Source: an uncultured Rhodobacterales bacterium (lineage in GTDB: Bacteria; Pseudomonadota; Alphaproteobacteria; Rhodobacterales; Rhodobacteraceae). Taken from it: a stretch of 47,629 nt of DNA. Below, in pieces: positions 9,462-19,387 of this stretch (the first letter of the stretch is position 1; every line of letters begins with the position of its first letter). Under the pieces are notes generated by a model. That model did no database searches. It was given only the letters and a program-made list of their open reading frames with translations, and had not been told where the DNA came from. The position numbers and the translations under genes were made by a program. The stretch spans positions 1 to 47,629 of the forward strand of contig CAYGQZ010000004.1 of assembly GCA_964352055.1 (NCBI GenBank), in the 5' to 3' direction.

Positions 9462-10301
9462 ATGGAAGAACCCAACAAACAATCCTTACTTGCGCGCGTT
9501 CAGGATGCCGTGGGCGAGATGCACCCGCAAGAACGCAGGCTTGCCGATCTGGTGCTGAACTTCCCCGGCCGTTTGGCGGGCTATACAGCCAGCGAAATCG
9601 CGCAGCTTGCAGATGTGTCCAATGCCACCGTTTCGCGGTTTTTCCGAAAAATCGGGTATCAGTCGTTTGAAGAAGCGCGCCAGGCGGTCAGAACCGAGCA
9701 AGACGCAGGCTCCGCCTTCCTGAGGCTTGAAAACGGATCCGGGCCCGAGCCAGAACCCGTCAGGACCTTTCTGAACCAATCCCAAGAGAATCTGCGGCTA
9801 ACCTTGGGCGAAATTGATCCCACCGATCTGGATGCACTGGCAAAATCTGTCGCAACTGCACCGCGTGTCTGGATTATCGGGTTTCGATCAGGGCAACCCT
9901 TTGCTCGTTACCTCGGTTGGCAGGTTTCGCAGATCGCCCTAAACGTCACAGTTCTACCGCGTGATGGGGAAACACTCGCCGAAAACCTGAGCCTGATTGG
10001 GCCGGATGATTGCGTTATTCTTTTTGCTTTGCGTCGCACCCCGTTGATTACCAATCGTATTCAAGCCGCGCTCAAGAAGCATGGTATTGAAGTCGCGATT
10101 ATCGGAGACACCGCTAACGTATCGGCAGAACATAGGCGCTTTCATTGTGTCACAGCGGCGACCGGCCCGCTGTTCAACCACGTCTCGGTCATGGCTGTCT
10201 GCAACCTGCTTGCCGCGCGCGTTATCGCGCTGTCCGACATTGATGGTCGCACTCATTTGAGAGACATCGAAACATGGCACGCTGATCTGGATCAGATATA
10301 G
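9462..10301 (+). CDS. RpiR/MurR family transcriptional regulator (HTH + SIS)
   Basis: EIAQLADVSNATVSRFFRKIGYQSF HTH; SIS domain with VWIIGFRS. Confidence 0.93.
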   Translation: MEEPNKQSLLARVQDAVGEMHPQERRLADLVLNFPGRLAGYTASEIAQLADVSNATVSRFFRKIGYQSFEEARQAVRTEQDAGSAFLRLENGSGPEPEPVRTFLNQSQENLRLTLGEIDPTDLDALAKSVATAPRVWIIGFRSGQPFARYLGWQVSQIALNVTVLPRDGETLAENLSLIGPDDCVILFALRRTPLITNRIQAALKKHGIEVAIIGDTANVSAEHRRFHCVTAATGPLFNHVSVMAVCNLLAARVIALSDIDGRTHLRDIETWHADLDQI

Positions 10302-10646
10302 AAACCTGAAATCTGAAATCATCGCCTAGGATCTGATTTAAGCTGCAAGGATGCCTTTGATGTCGGCGACGAACAGACCTGCAAATTCGCCTCTTGATGC
10401 ATGCTGCATTAATGGCCGTTTTTCTCGCCGCGCGACAGCATGGCGGCTTTCGCCGTTGCAGCATTTTCCGCGCTGCGAGCGCACGCAGCACAAAATATCA
10501 ATTCACAGGTTGGGCTCGTTGCCGGCATTTGCCGCAAGGTTCATGAGCGTCCGCTCCCTAGAACGTCGGCGACGATGATCACCCAAGTTTGAAACACGAT
10601 TGGTACGGTTGTCATACGTGAAATAGGAGCCGGACCCGCCCAAAAG

Positions 10647-10952
10647 CCGCCGAATGCCTGTCGTTCTACGGGGCAGGGTGGCAGCACGTCTCTCGTGTGC
10701 GTATGGTGTGCACAGCAGGACCGTTCCAAGTGATGGCGGCCCCAAGGAGATCGCTGAATGCCCCTGAACGCAGCCACCGAGGCAGCGCGCTTTTCTACTG
10801 CGCCGATGATGGAATGGACTGGTTCGCGTTTGATTGCAGCAAGTTAAGTCGCCTCGTGTGCACACTGTGTGTAACCTGAAATCGCCTTCTGGCGCACTCT
10901 GTCGGGCGGCTGGCGATTTTGTGGACTTGGTCAAATTGAAGCGCATTGGAAC
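10647..10952 (+). repeat. Direct repeat copy 1 flanking the inositol module (identical core 10806-10896)
   Basis: 91 nt identical to 26734-26824; ungapped flanks about 70-75% identical by hand count; contains palindrome GTGTGCACAC at 10856-10865. Confidence 0.95.
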
Positions 10953-11283
10953 AGGATCTGCTTACGGTTCTTATTTAACCAGCAACGGTACGCAGTCCTT
11001 TGTTTTGCGCTGTGCAGATTGGAACTTTGGTGAGTTGAAGGTCGGCTCGGGCCGGCGGCGCAGCGCCTAATCGTTGGCCTCTGGGGCCATTTTCTGATTG
11101 ATGCCTAATCCGGTTACAGGTGAATACCGACCTTTGCTGCGCTGGAGACCGATGTATTAAACGCGGACAACGTCGCCTGATGTTGATACCGCGATAAGTT
11201 AATCGGCGCTTCGACCAAGCCGGCAAACGGTTCTTGGCAATGCAGCACGGTTTCCCACACGATGATTGAAGCGAAGCGCGAAT

Positions 11284-12246
11284 CTAGCCTGGAACGTAGG
11301 CCCTGTTCGCTTCGGGATCCTGCAAATCGGCCTTGAGGGTCGTGAGGTCGTTCCAGACGGCGGGGTCAATGCTGGCCTCTGCCCAGTCCAGCGCCTGTTT
11401 CACCCGACTGGGGCGTGACACGCCGATGATCGTGGATGTCACGCGCGACTCGTTGGTTGAAAACTGCAAGGCGACGGTTCCAGGTGCGACGCCGTGGCGC
11501 GCGCAGGTGTCTTCGACCTGGCGGACAGGGGCGAGGGCCGCGTCGTCAGCGACCTGATAGGTGATCCGTTTGACCGAGGCGCTGCCTTTGGCAAGGACGC
11601 CGCCCGCGAACGGGGCCGCGTTGCACACGGCGATACCATGGGCGCGGGCATACTCATAGACCGGCCCTGCGGAACGGTTGAGCAGGGTGAACCGGTTGTG
11701 GTTGAGCAGGAGGTCAAACGGCCATTCACGGATCAGATCCATCAACAGATCGGTACGGCCCATGGCAATGCCGATGGCGTCGACCATGCCTTCTTCCTTC
11801 AGTGCGACCAACGCATCAAGCGCGCCGCCGGGGCGGCGGATTTCCTCAAGGTCGCGGGCATGTTCGGGATCGTGCAGGTGCAGGATCTGGAACCGGTCGA
11901 GCCCGAGCGCAGTCAGGCTTTCCTCGGCCGAGCGGCGGACCTGATCGGCGTCAAAGCGGCCCGTGTCCATATCCCGATCCAGTTTGGTGGACACGACAAA
12001 GCCATCGGGCAGGCCGCCACGTTCGCGGATCACAGCGCCGATGCGGTTCTCGCTGCGCCCAAAGCCGTAGTTGCGCGAGGTATCAATCAGATTGACAGGG
12101 CTGTCGAAGATCGCGTTGATCGTCGCGTGGGCTGTCGCGTCATCGACATCGTGGCCGTAGGTGTCGGGCATGCCGCCCAGGGCTGCCGTGCCAAATCCGA
12201 TCGAGGTGATCTCGAGGCCGGTTGTGCCGATGGGGTGTCTTTTCAT
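11284..12246 (-). CDS. Aldo/keto reductase, D-threo-aldose 1-dehydrogenase (AKR15)-like
   Basis: IGFGTAALG, IDTSRNYGFGRSE, VSTK, HLHDP catalytic tetrad pattern. Confidence 0.88.
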   Translation of the reverse strand: MKRHPIGTTGLEITSIGFGTAALGGMPDTYGHDVDDATAHATINAIFDSPVNLIDTSRNYGFGRSENRIGAVIRERGGLPDGFVVSTKLDRDMDTGRFDADQVRRSAEESLTALGLDRFQILHLHDPEHARDLEEIRRPGGALDALVALKEEGMVDAIGIAMGRTDLLMDLIREWPFDLLLNHNRFTLLNRSAGPVYEYARAHGIAVCNAAPFAGGVLAKGSASVKRITYQVADDAALAPVRQVEDTCARHGVAPGTVALQFSTNESRVTSTIIGVSRPSRVKQALDWAEASIDPAVWNDLTTLKADLQDPEANRAYVPG

Positions 12247-12312
12247 TCTTGTGATCCTCCTTTGGAGATGGACGTGACCGACGGAGTTTGGTCGATCACG
12301 CCCTGTGTCTGA

Positions 12313-13359
12313 TCAGGTGCGCGTCTTGACGCCGCTGGAGCGTCGGCTGGCCACAGTTGTAAGTACGGCGGCAATGATGATGACCGCACCGGTCGATGCC
12401 TGAACATAAAAAGACGGGACCTGTGCGAGGGTCAACAGGTTGTTGATGACGCCGATCAGAAGCACACCACTGACGACGCCGATGATCGTGCCTTTGCCGC
12501 CTCCCAGGCTGACACCACCGATCACGGCTGCTGCGAAGGCGGAAAAGATAATGCCCTGCCCTTGGGTCGTCACGGCAGAGTCGAGCCGCCCGGTCATCAG
12601 AACCCCGGCAAGGCCGGACAGCAGGGCGGCAAAGATGAAGGCCGACCAGATCATGCGATCCACGTTGATCCCGGCGGCGCGCGCTGCTTCCTCGTTTCCG
12701 CCGACGGCGTATAGCGCGCGGCCATACCGGTGGAACTGGAAGACCAGTCCGACGATCGTGGCGACAGAGAGAAAGACGATGACCGAAACCGGCAGGCCGA
12801 GAATCTTGGCCGAACCAAGATAGGTCAGGGCATCGCCCGGCGAATAGATCGAGCGGCCGTTCGAGATGATCAACACACCGCCACGCAGAAGGACCAGCAG
12901 GCCAAGCGTCGAGATAAAGGGATTGAGCCCTACCTTGACCACCATGAAACCGTTGAACCAGCCGATGAGGGTGGCAACGCCAAGCGCCACGATCAACCCC
13001 ATCCAACCCGGCAACTCAACGCCAAAGCCACCGGCGGCAGCTGGCACAAGCATCACCGCCGCCAGCATCGGGGCAAAGCCCACGATCCCTTCGAGCGACA
13101 GATCGAGCCGCCCGATCATCACGACAAAGGTCAGCCCGATTGTGGTGAGGCCCAGCACACTGACCTGTTCAAGGATGTTGATCAGGTTGCGGGTGGTCAG
13201 AAAGGCCGGAGCGACGATGGCACCCACGATGACCAGAAGCAAAAGCACCGGATACATGGTAAAGCCGTTGGCAACAAAGGCGCTGCCAAAGGCCGACAAC
13301 CGGGACTGGCCGATATGCTGCGTCGTCGTGTTCGAATTGGTATCGGCTTGAACGCTCAT
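12313..13359 (-). CDS. Sugar/polyol ABC transporter permease (CUT2, RbsC-like)
   Basis: LDLS, PFISTLG, GRALYAVGGNEEAARAAGI, AAAVIGGVSLGGGKG. Confidence 0.95.
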   Translation of the reverse strand: MSVQADTNSNTTTQHIGQSRLSAFGSAFVANGFTMYPVLLLLVIVGAIVAPAFLTTRNLINILEQVSVLGLTTIGLTFVVMIGRLDLSLEGIVGFAPMLAAVMLVPAAAGGFGVELPGWMGLIVALGVATLIGWFNGFMVVKVGLNPFISTLGLLVLLRGGVLIISNGRSIYSPGDALTYLGSAKILGLPVSVIVFLSVATIVGLVFQFHRYGRALYAVGGNEEAARAAGINVDRMIWSAFIFAALLSGLAGVLMTGRLDSAVTTQGQGIIFSAFAAAVIGGVSLGGGKGTIIGVVSGVLLIGVINNLLTLAQVPSFYVQASTGAVIIIAAVLTTVASRRSSGVKTRT

Positions 13360-14840
13360 GCCACGCCCTCCATATGCAAAATCAGGTCTTTCATGCTGTA
13401 GTCACCTACAAGTTCACTCACGATTTCTCCGTCAAAAACGATGGCGACGCGGTTGGCGAGTTGTTCGATTTCATCTTCTTCGTCTGACACGACAACGATG
13501 CCCAGACCTTCGCTCGCCAGATCGCGCAGGAGCGCATAAAGCTGTTCCTTTGCGCCGACATCCACGCCGCGCGTGGGGCTGAGCGCCACGATCACGTTGG
13601 GGTCGCGGCACAGCGATCGGGCAAAGACGACCTTTTGCTGGTTGCCCCCACTCAGTTGGCTGACTGGCTGTTCCAGCGAAGATGCGATGATATTGGTCAG
13701 CCGTGACAGGTTTCCGACGTGCTTGGCCTCTTTCTTGCGATCAATAAAGCCAAGCGGTCCGGTGAGCATATCGAGGCCGCCGATGGAAACGTTTTCGCGC
13801 ACGCCGAGGATTCCGACATAGCCGCTTGCGTGGCGGTCGGTGGGCACAAGCCCGATGACCGGTCTGGTGCCGCGCGGGCTTGAAACTTCGCCGCGCAAGG
13901 GTTTCTTGTGCCCGGCAAGGATCATCGCAAGATCCTCTTTGCCGCTGCCCACGGGGCCAGCCAGTGCGAGGATTTCGCCTGGGCGGACCTCGAGATTGAT
14001 TTCACCGGCGGCCTTGGCGTTGACCCGGATGCCCTTGGCGGTCAGCAGGGCAGGGGTGTCGGTCTCGGTATGGTCTTCTCGGACGCTGCGTTTGGTTTCT
14101 TCGCCCATCATCAAGTTGGCGATGGTTTCGACATCAAGATCGGACACCGCGGCGCGTGCCCGGACGACCTTGCCGTCGCGCAGGATCGTCACGGTATCGG
14201 CAACCTCGAAAATTTCATCGAGGTGGTGCGAGATATAGATGAAGGACACGCCCGCCACTTTCAGTTTTTTGACGTTCTCGAAGAGCACACGCTTTTCCGC
14301 GTTGCTGAGGGCGGCGGTTGGCTCGTCAAGGATCATCACCGGCACACCACGGTTGAGCGCCTTGATGATCTCGAGCAATTGCCGGGTGCCTGCGTCGAGT
14401 TCGCCCGCCAAGGCGCCCGCGCGAATATCCATATTCCATTCGGTCAGCAAAGCTGTGGCGCGCGATTGCATCACGCCATGGCTGATCCGTCCCCAGGATT
14501 TGCGAACGATGGGGTTTTCGATAAAGAGGTTTTCCGCGACGCTCAGTTGATCGAAGAGACGCGGTGTCTGTTGCACATGGGCGATTTCGTCGCGGATCAG
14601 GGCGGCGTAGTTCTGCCCGGTCGCGGTAAAGCTGGTGGATCCGATGCGGATATCGCCGGAATCGGCGGGGGTGAACCCGCTGAGGGCCGAAACAAGCGTG
14701 CTCTTGCCCGCCCCGTTGCGCCCCAGAAGTGCGTGAACCTCGCCGCGGTTTACGGTGAGGTCCGCGCCCTGCAGTGCGCGCGTGGAGCCGAAGGTCTTGG
14801 TAATGTTGCGCATCTCTACGATAGGATGTGACTGGTCCAT
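13356..14840 (-). CDS. Sugar ABC transporter ATP-binding protein (tandem ATPase, RbsA-like)
   Basis: GRNGAGKST, LDEPT, LSGGNQQKV, PTRGVDVG. Confidence 0.95.
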   Translation of the reverse strand: MDQSHPIVEMRNITKTFGSTRALQGADLTVNRGEVHALLGRNGAGKSTLVSALSGFTPADSGDIRIGSTSFTATGQNYAALIRDEIAHVQQTPRLFDQLSVAENLFIENPIVRKSWGRISHGVMQSRATALLTEWNMDIRAGALAGELDAGTRQLLEIIKALNRGVPVMILDEPTAALSNAEKRVLFENVKKLKVAGVSFIYISHHLDEIFEVADTVTILRDGKVVRARAAVSDLDVETIANLMMGEETKRSVREDHTETDTPALLTAKGIRVNAKAAGEINLEVRPGEILALAGPVGSGKEDLAMILAGHKKPLRGEVSSPRGTRPVIGLVPTDRHASGYVGILGVRENVSIGGLDMLTGPLGFIDRKKEAKHVGNLSRLTNIIASSLEQPVSQLSGGNQQKVVFARSLCRDPNVIVALSPTRGVDVGAKEQLYALLRDLASEGLGIVVVSDEEDEIEQLANRVAIVFDGEIVSELVGDYSMKDLILHMEGVA

Positions 14841-14876
14841 GATCTCCGGCTCCTTGCTTGGCTTGGGTCAGGTAGC

Positions 14877-15908
14877 TTACTTGCCGATCTTGTTGGCCCA
14901 AAGATCATCGGATTCCACGTTGGCCGCTGTGACCAGTGTTGCATTCAACTGGTACTGAGGTCCAACTTCGGTCTCGATAACCCGGCCATCATCACGCGGG
15001 CCGATGTCGATGGTGCCACCGTTCGACACCAGTTCGATCAGTTCGGCCGTCTTGGTAGCATAGGCGCTGAGCGGCTGAGAGACGGTCGCGTCAAGTGCGC
15101 CTTCGCGGATCAGTTGCAGACCCTGGGGCGTGCCATCGATGGCGACGCGGATGACAGAGCCTTCTTCGCCCACGGCAGCATCCAGGTCGGCGGACCGCAG
15201 TTGCGCATTGACGGCTGTGGCCATCAGTTCGGACGCCATGAAGATCCCGTCAAGTGTCGGGTTCTGGGTCAGCACGTTCTGGGCGGCGTCGGCGGCCATG
15301 TCAGCCGTCCATTCGGTCGGGCGCTGGATCAGTTCGACGTTGGGTGCCAGAGCACGCAGCGTATCGGCAAAACCGTTCGAGCGGTCCAGACCGTTGGGTG
15401 TCGTCAGCCCGCCCTGCAATTCCAGCACGATGCAGCTGTTGTCAGTCGAGCAGGGATCGTTTGCCAGACGGCGGGCCATTTCTTCGGCACCTTGAACACC
15501 GGCGTTGTAGTTGTCGGCACGAACGGTCGCGGTGACCATTCCGCCGGCAGGGCTGTCGTCGATCGAAAAGACCAGTGCGCCCGCCTCGTTGGCGCGAATG
15601 ACTGCGGGCACGATGCCGGCGGAATCAAGCGGGGCGAAGACAATGACATTGGCACCATTGGCCAGCAGGTTTTGCAGGGCGTCGACCTGAGCGGCGATAT
15701 CGCCGTTGGGATCGGGGGCGCCCACAAGGGTAAAGCCCTTGTCGTCGAACGCCGCCAGCGAAAGATCCAACATCAGTGTCTGGAAGTCGTCTTTCAGGAA
15801 TTTGGGGGTCATGCCGACTTTGACATCCGCATTGTCAGCATGTGCAACCATGGCGCTTGATGCCAAGAGGGTCGCGCCGAGGGCGATGGCCTTGTGTGAG
15901 AGTTTCAT
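14877..15908 (-). CDS. Sugar/polyol ABC transporter substrate-binding protein
   Basis: Signal peptide from ATG 15908 (GGAGG RBS); VRADNYNAG, DRSNGF, AIDG..LDATVSQP motifs. Confidence 0.93.
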   Translation of the reverse strand: MKLSHKAIALGATLLASSAMVAHADNADVKVGMTPKFLKDDFQTLMLDLSLAAFDDKGFTLVGAPDPNGDIAAQVDALQNLLANGANVIVFAPLDSAGIVPAVIRANEAGALVFSIDDSPAGGMVTATVRADNYNAGVQGAEEMARRLANDPCSTDNSCIVLELQGGLTTPNGLDRSNGFADTLRALAPNVELIQRPTEWTADMAADAAQNVLTQNPTLDGIFMASELMATAVNAQLRSADLDAAVGEEGSVIRVAIDGTPQGLQLIREGALDATVSQPLSAYATKTAELIELVSNGGTIDIGPRDDGRVIETEVGPQYQLNATLVTAANVESDDLWANKIGK

Positions 15909-16049
15909 GTCTTTCCTCCGTTTGAGCTTGGCTTTGGCAGGGTGTCTGCTGTGCCGGTTCGGCGCTGTCGCGGCGCCTATGAAATGCGGTGCCAACTGTT
16001 ACTCCTCACTGGCGTCGCGGTCGTTCGGGTGGCCCGGTCGTGATATCGA

Positions 16050-17060
16050 TCAGGCGCTGATTTCAGAAACCTTGACCATTCGGCCCTCGCGCATCGACAG
16101 GTACGCGGCCTCTGCAAGGATGAGCGCCCGGCGCCCGTCTTCAAAGCTGGCCAGCGGGGACGCGCCCTGTTCGACGCAATCCACGAACCCGTCGATTTCG
16201 GCCATGAAGGCCTCGAGATAGCGTTCGAGAAAGAAGAACTGATAAGGCTCGCTCGCTTCGACGGTCTTTGCCGAATAGCGGCGCATTTCGTGCGGCTTGC
16301 GATTGTCGGAAAGGATCATGCCGGTGCTGCCCATCAACTCGACCCGCTGGTCATAGCCGTAAACGGCGGTGCGTGAGTTGTTGATATGGCACTGCTTGCC
16401 TGATGCGGTGCGCAGCACGATCATGGCGCTGTCGATTTCGTTCAGCTCCGCGCCCAAGGCGGAGTCAATAAGCGCGCCGCCAATGGCGAACACCTCGGTC
16501 GGCTCTTCGCCCAGCATGAAACGCGCGAGATCAAAATCATGGATCGTCATGTCGCGGAACAGGCCGCCCGCGGCTTCGAGATAGGCGCGCGGCGGAATTG
16601 CGGGATCGCGCGAGGTGATGATGACCTGATGCAGATCGCCGATATCGCCCGCCACCATCGCGGCCCGTGCGGCGGCGTGGCCGGGATCGTAGCGGCGGTT
16701 GAAGCCCAACTGGATCGGCACTGTACAGCCCGCGATCATGGCGGCGCAGGCTTCGACCCGCGCGAGGTTCAAATCAATTGGCTTTTCGCACAGAACCGCC
16801 TTGCCGGCAGCCACGGCCATTTCGATGTAATCGGCGTGCGTTGGGGTGGCTGTTGCGATCAGTACGGCGTCGATCTGGTCGGAGGCGAACACGTCTTCGG
16901 CGCTGGCGGCAGCGGTGACACCTTGCTCTTGCGCGACGCGATCTGCGGAGGGCTGGTGTACGTCGTAGACTGTTGCGAGGCAGGCTCTGGGATGGCGAGC
17001 GACATTGGCCGCATGCATTTGTCCGATTCTGCCACACCCCAAAACGGCAATTCTCAACAT
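16050..17060 (-). CDS. iolG: myo-inositol 2-dehydrogenase
   Basis: LGCGRIG, CEKPIDL, GFNRRYDP, ITSRDP, GGLFRDMTIHDFD, YGYDQRVE, FFLERY; start ATG 17060. Confidence 0.93.
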   Translation of the reverse strand: MLRIAVLGCGRIGQMHAANVARHPRACLATVYDVHQPSADRVAQEQGVTAAASAEDVFASDQIDAVLIATATPTHADYIEMAVAAGKAVLCEKPIDLNLARVEACAAMIAGCTVPIQLGFNRRYDPGHAAARAAMVAGDIGDLHQVIITSRDPAIPPRAYLEAAGGLFRDMTIHDFDLARFMLGEEPTEVFAIGGALIDSALGAELNEIDSAMIVLRTASGKQCHINNSRTAVYGYDQRVELMGSTGMILSDNRKPHEMRRYSAKTVEASEPYQFFFLERYLEAFMAEIDGFVDCVEQGASPLASFEDGRRALILAEAAYLSMREGRMVKVSEISA

Positions 17061-17089
17061 CAGCTTACCCTCCCAAGGATAGTGGTTTG

Positions 17090-17105
17090 TGCAACATATG
17101 TTGCG
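17090..17105. promoter_or_regulatory. TGCAAY-N4-RTTGCA operator box, iolG-proximal
   Basis: TGCAAC-atat-GTTGCG; perfect 14-bp palindrome at 17091-17104. Confidence 0.65.
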
Positions 17106-17142
17106 TTTGCGCAATTTTGTCAACAAACAATTTGCCGATTAA

Positions 17143-17172
17143 CACTTTCTGCAATTTTCATTGCAGAAAGTG
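17143..17172. promoter_or_regulatory. Extended inverted repeat containing TGCAAT-N4-ATTGCA (operator; may also act as a terminator)
   Basis: CACTTTCTGCAAT-tttc-ATTGCAGAAAGTG, 13-bp perfect arms. Confidence 0.7.
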
Positions 17173-17212
17173 CGGGGCGGGCCCCGTCCCAACAATTGAA
17201 TTGAGTGGCGTT

Positions 17213-18361
17213 TCAGGTGGCTGTGCAGTTGTGACGCGTGAAAATCTGACTTTCTGTCAGATGGTTAGCGGGCTGCTGGCCGCTCAGTGCAATTCGAATA
17301 CTGTCGATGGCTTGAGCAATTTCGCGGTCGAAATCATGTCCTATGGTGAGGTCCATTATCCCGTCTTCGAGCAGTTTGCGGGCGTTGGGGTTCAGCTCGT
17401 GCCCCATGAAAACTGTGCGCCCGACCAGATTTTCCGCCTCGAGCGCGCGCCCGATGCCCAGATTCGCGCCCGAGACGTTGTAGATCGCCGAAGGTGCCCC
17501 GGTTTTGCTGACGTATTGGCGGATAGCGTCATAGGTCACGTCGGGGCTTTCGTCGGAGCTGACCTTTTCATCGATGGTGAGCCATGGGAATTCAGACCGC
17601 AGAACCTGTCGGAATCCCAGTTCGCGATCCAGTTGGCACCGGAAGGGAACGCTGCTGACAAGAAGCACATTCTGGGGCGTTTCGCGCGGCAGGAACCGAC
17701 CGCAGAGCCAGCCGGCTGTGGCGCCCGAGGCAAATTGATCCGATCCGACATATGCGGTCCGTCCCGAAGAGGGCAGGTCGCTGGTCAGGCAGATCACCGG
17801 TGTGCCGTTGCGGGTTTCATCCCGGACCGCGTTGTTTATCGAGGGATGTTCGCGCGCGACCAGAATAATTCCGTCATACTCCGCCGCAAAGACATGAATA
17901 CGTTGCGCAAAATCAGATGGGTCCACCATCGTTGGTAAGACACTTTCGGTCTTGATCCGTACCGTCGGCCTCATCTTCTGATAGGTATCTGCAGCGGATT
18001 CGGCAGCCTTGTTGAACGATTGACCGGACTCGATGAGTAGCGCGAGGTTCAGCATGGTCCCCGCAGCGTCTTTCGGAGTGGGCGCGTTGCGTTCGAGCAG
18101 CGACGCCATGTCCTGCTGGAGGATCGTCTGGAATTCTTTGTATCCCGACAAACCCAAGGATTGCGCTAGCCGCACCACGCTGGAGGCGTGAACGCCGCAT
18201 TGCGCGGCAACCTCGGTGGCAGGAAGCAGGGCGGACGATGTGGGGTTGTCGATGAAGAAGCGCGCAAGTTTGCGCCCGCCTTTTCCAAGCTCGTCTTGCA
18301 TGCCATCAAGGCGTTTCAGCAACGATTCTGCGGTGGCTGATGTCATATGCGGCTTGTTCAT
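17213..18361 (-). CDS. Chimeric transcriptional regulator: RpiR-type HTH plus LacI/periplasmic-binding-type sugar sensor domain
   Basis: N-terminal EVAAQCGVHASSVVRLAQSLGLSGYKEF. C-terminal DGIILV, TSDLPSS, YVGSDQFASGATAG, RELGF, GHEL motifs; no SIS domain. Start ATG 18361. Confidence 0.85.
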   Translation of the reverse strand: MNKPHMTSATAESLLKRLDGMQDELGKGGRKLARFFIDNPTSSALLPATEVAAQCGVHASSVVRLAQSLGLSGYKEFQTILQQDMASLLERNAPTPKDAAGTMLNLALLIESGQSFNKAAESAADTYQKMRPTVRIKTESVLPTMVDPSDFAQRIHVFAAEYDGIILVAREHPSINNAVRDETRNGTPVICLTSDLPSSGRTAYVGSDQFASGATAGWLCGRFLPRETPQNVLLVSSVPFRCQLDRELGFRQVLRSEFPWLTIDEKVSSDESPDVTYDAIRQYVSKTGAPSAIYNVSGANLGIGRALEAENLVGRTVFMGHELNPNARKLLEDGIMDLTIGHDFDREIAQAIDSIRIALSGQQPANHLTESQIFTRHNCTAT

Positions 18362-18404
18362 CGTGGTCTCTCCCTGAAAGGAGAATAGCCAAAACGTGCA
18401 TAAA

Positions 18405-18420
18405 TGCAATAAATATTGCA
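18405..18420. promoter_or_regulatory. TGCAAT-N4-ATTGCA operator box upstream of the chimeric regulator
   Basis: TGCAAT-aaat-ATTGCA. Confidence 0.7.
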
Positions 18421-18444
18421 TAATGCTGCGGCGGTCGCGCTTTG

Positions 18445-19317
18445 TCAGGTTCCGGTGACTGTCGGAATTCGGGGGCTGTCGCCCTCTTTCTGGACGCGGG
18501 CCGCGACCGCAAGCGCCAGAGCTTGCGCCAGACACATCGGCGCGGCGAGCGAGCGCGAGAAAGTGTAATCATGTTCAGGCACGGCGAACAGCACCGACGC
18601 GGATTTGGCCAGTGGGCTGAGCGTGCTGTCGGAAATCGCGACAATCGGCAAACCGGCAAGCGCGGTTTCCTCGACGATGTTGACCACTTCGGTTGCATAA
18701 AACCGGAACGAGACAGCAAACAGCACGTCATCGGGGCCCATGGTACGGGCGACATGCGTGGAAAGACCGCCGCCAGTGTCGAGCAGGATGCAGCGTTTTC
18801 CGAGCATGGTTAAAATATAGCGCATCAGTTCCACAACCGGGGCCGAGCGCAATTGGCCCACCAGATAGACAACCGGTGCCTTTTCGATCAGATCCGCGGC
18901 GCGGGCGAGGTCGTTCTGTTTGATTTCGCTGATCATGTCCTGCAGCGATGCGATGTCGCGCACGACAAGATCGCGCAAGAACGCGGCTTCCGAATGATCA
19001 TCACTGGCGCTGAGTTCCTTATCGAGTGCCTTGACGCGGGCGTCAAAACCGGGTGCTGCGGTTGCAAGGCGTTTTTGAAAGAGGCTTTGCAGTTCCTTGA
19101 AGCCGGAATAGCCAAGAGACTGTGCGAAACGCACAAAGCTGGACGCGTGAATGCCGCAGGAGTCGGCAATCGCGTTAACCGAAAGCACGCCGACTTCGTT
19201 GGGGTTCTGCGTGAGGTAAAGCGCAATCTTCTGGTAGGTCTTGCTCATCTTTCCGTGCCGTTCGTGAACCAGACGGATCAGGTCTTCGTACTCTTTGGGC
19301 GGTGAGCTGTCGTTCAT
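18445..19317 (-). CDS. RpiR family regulator (IolR-like, HTH + SIS)
   Basis: CGIHASSFVRFAQSLGYSGFKELQ HTH; SIS with VSFRFYA and AISDSTLSPL; inside the iol cluster. Confidence 0.9.
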   Translation of the reverse strand: MNDSSPPKEYEDLIRLVHERHGKMSKTYQKIALYLTQNPNEVGVLSVNAIADSCGIHASSFVRFAQSLGYSGFKELQSLFQKRLATAAPGFDARVKALDKELSASDDHSEAAFLRDLVVRDIASLQDMISEIKQNDLARAADLIEKAPVVYLVGQLRSAPVVELMRYILTMLGKRCILLDTGGGLSTHVARTMGPDDVLFAVSFRFYATEVVNIVEETALAGLPIVAISDSTLSPLAKSASVLFAVPEHDYTFSRSLAAPMCLAQALALAVAARVQKEGDSPRIPTVTGT

Positions 19318-19359
19318 GGGTTTGCCTTTTTCCTATGCCAGAAGCGAGTTGCGGCAATC

Positions 19360-19375
19360 GGCAATATTCATTGCA
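19360..19375. promoter_or_regulatory. Operator box upstream of the RpiR regulator
   Basis: GGCAAT-attc-ATTGCA, one mismatch to consensus. Confidence 0.65.
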
Positions 19376-19387
19376 GAGGCGGATTCA

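Noticed and set aside
10840-10880. Integron attC- or dif-like site in the repeat core (GTTAAGT ... GTAAC)
   Set aside because: The boxes are in the wrong order for attC, there is no extended hairpin, and there is no XerC/XerD arm match.
10503-11070. ORFs sharing peptides (e.g. CTRGDLTCCNQTRTSPFHHRR) with ORFs at 26512-26932
   Set aside because: The shared peptides simply reflect the DNA repeat. Starts and stops differ between copies, so no conserved protein is supported.
13356-14000. Degenerate Walker B (ALSPT) in the second ATPase domain as a sign of pseudogenisation
   Set aside because: Tandem sugar ABC ATPases commonly have one degenerate site; domain 1 Walker A/B and the domain 2 signature are intact.
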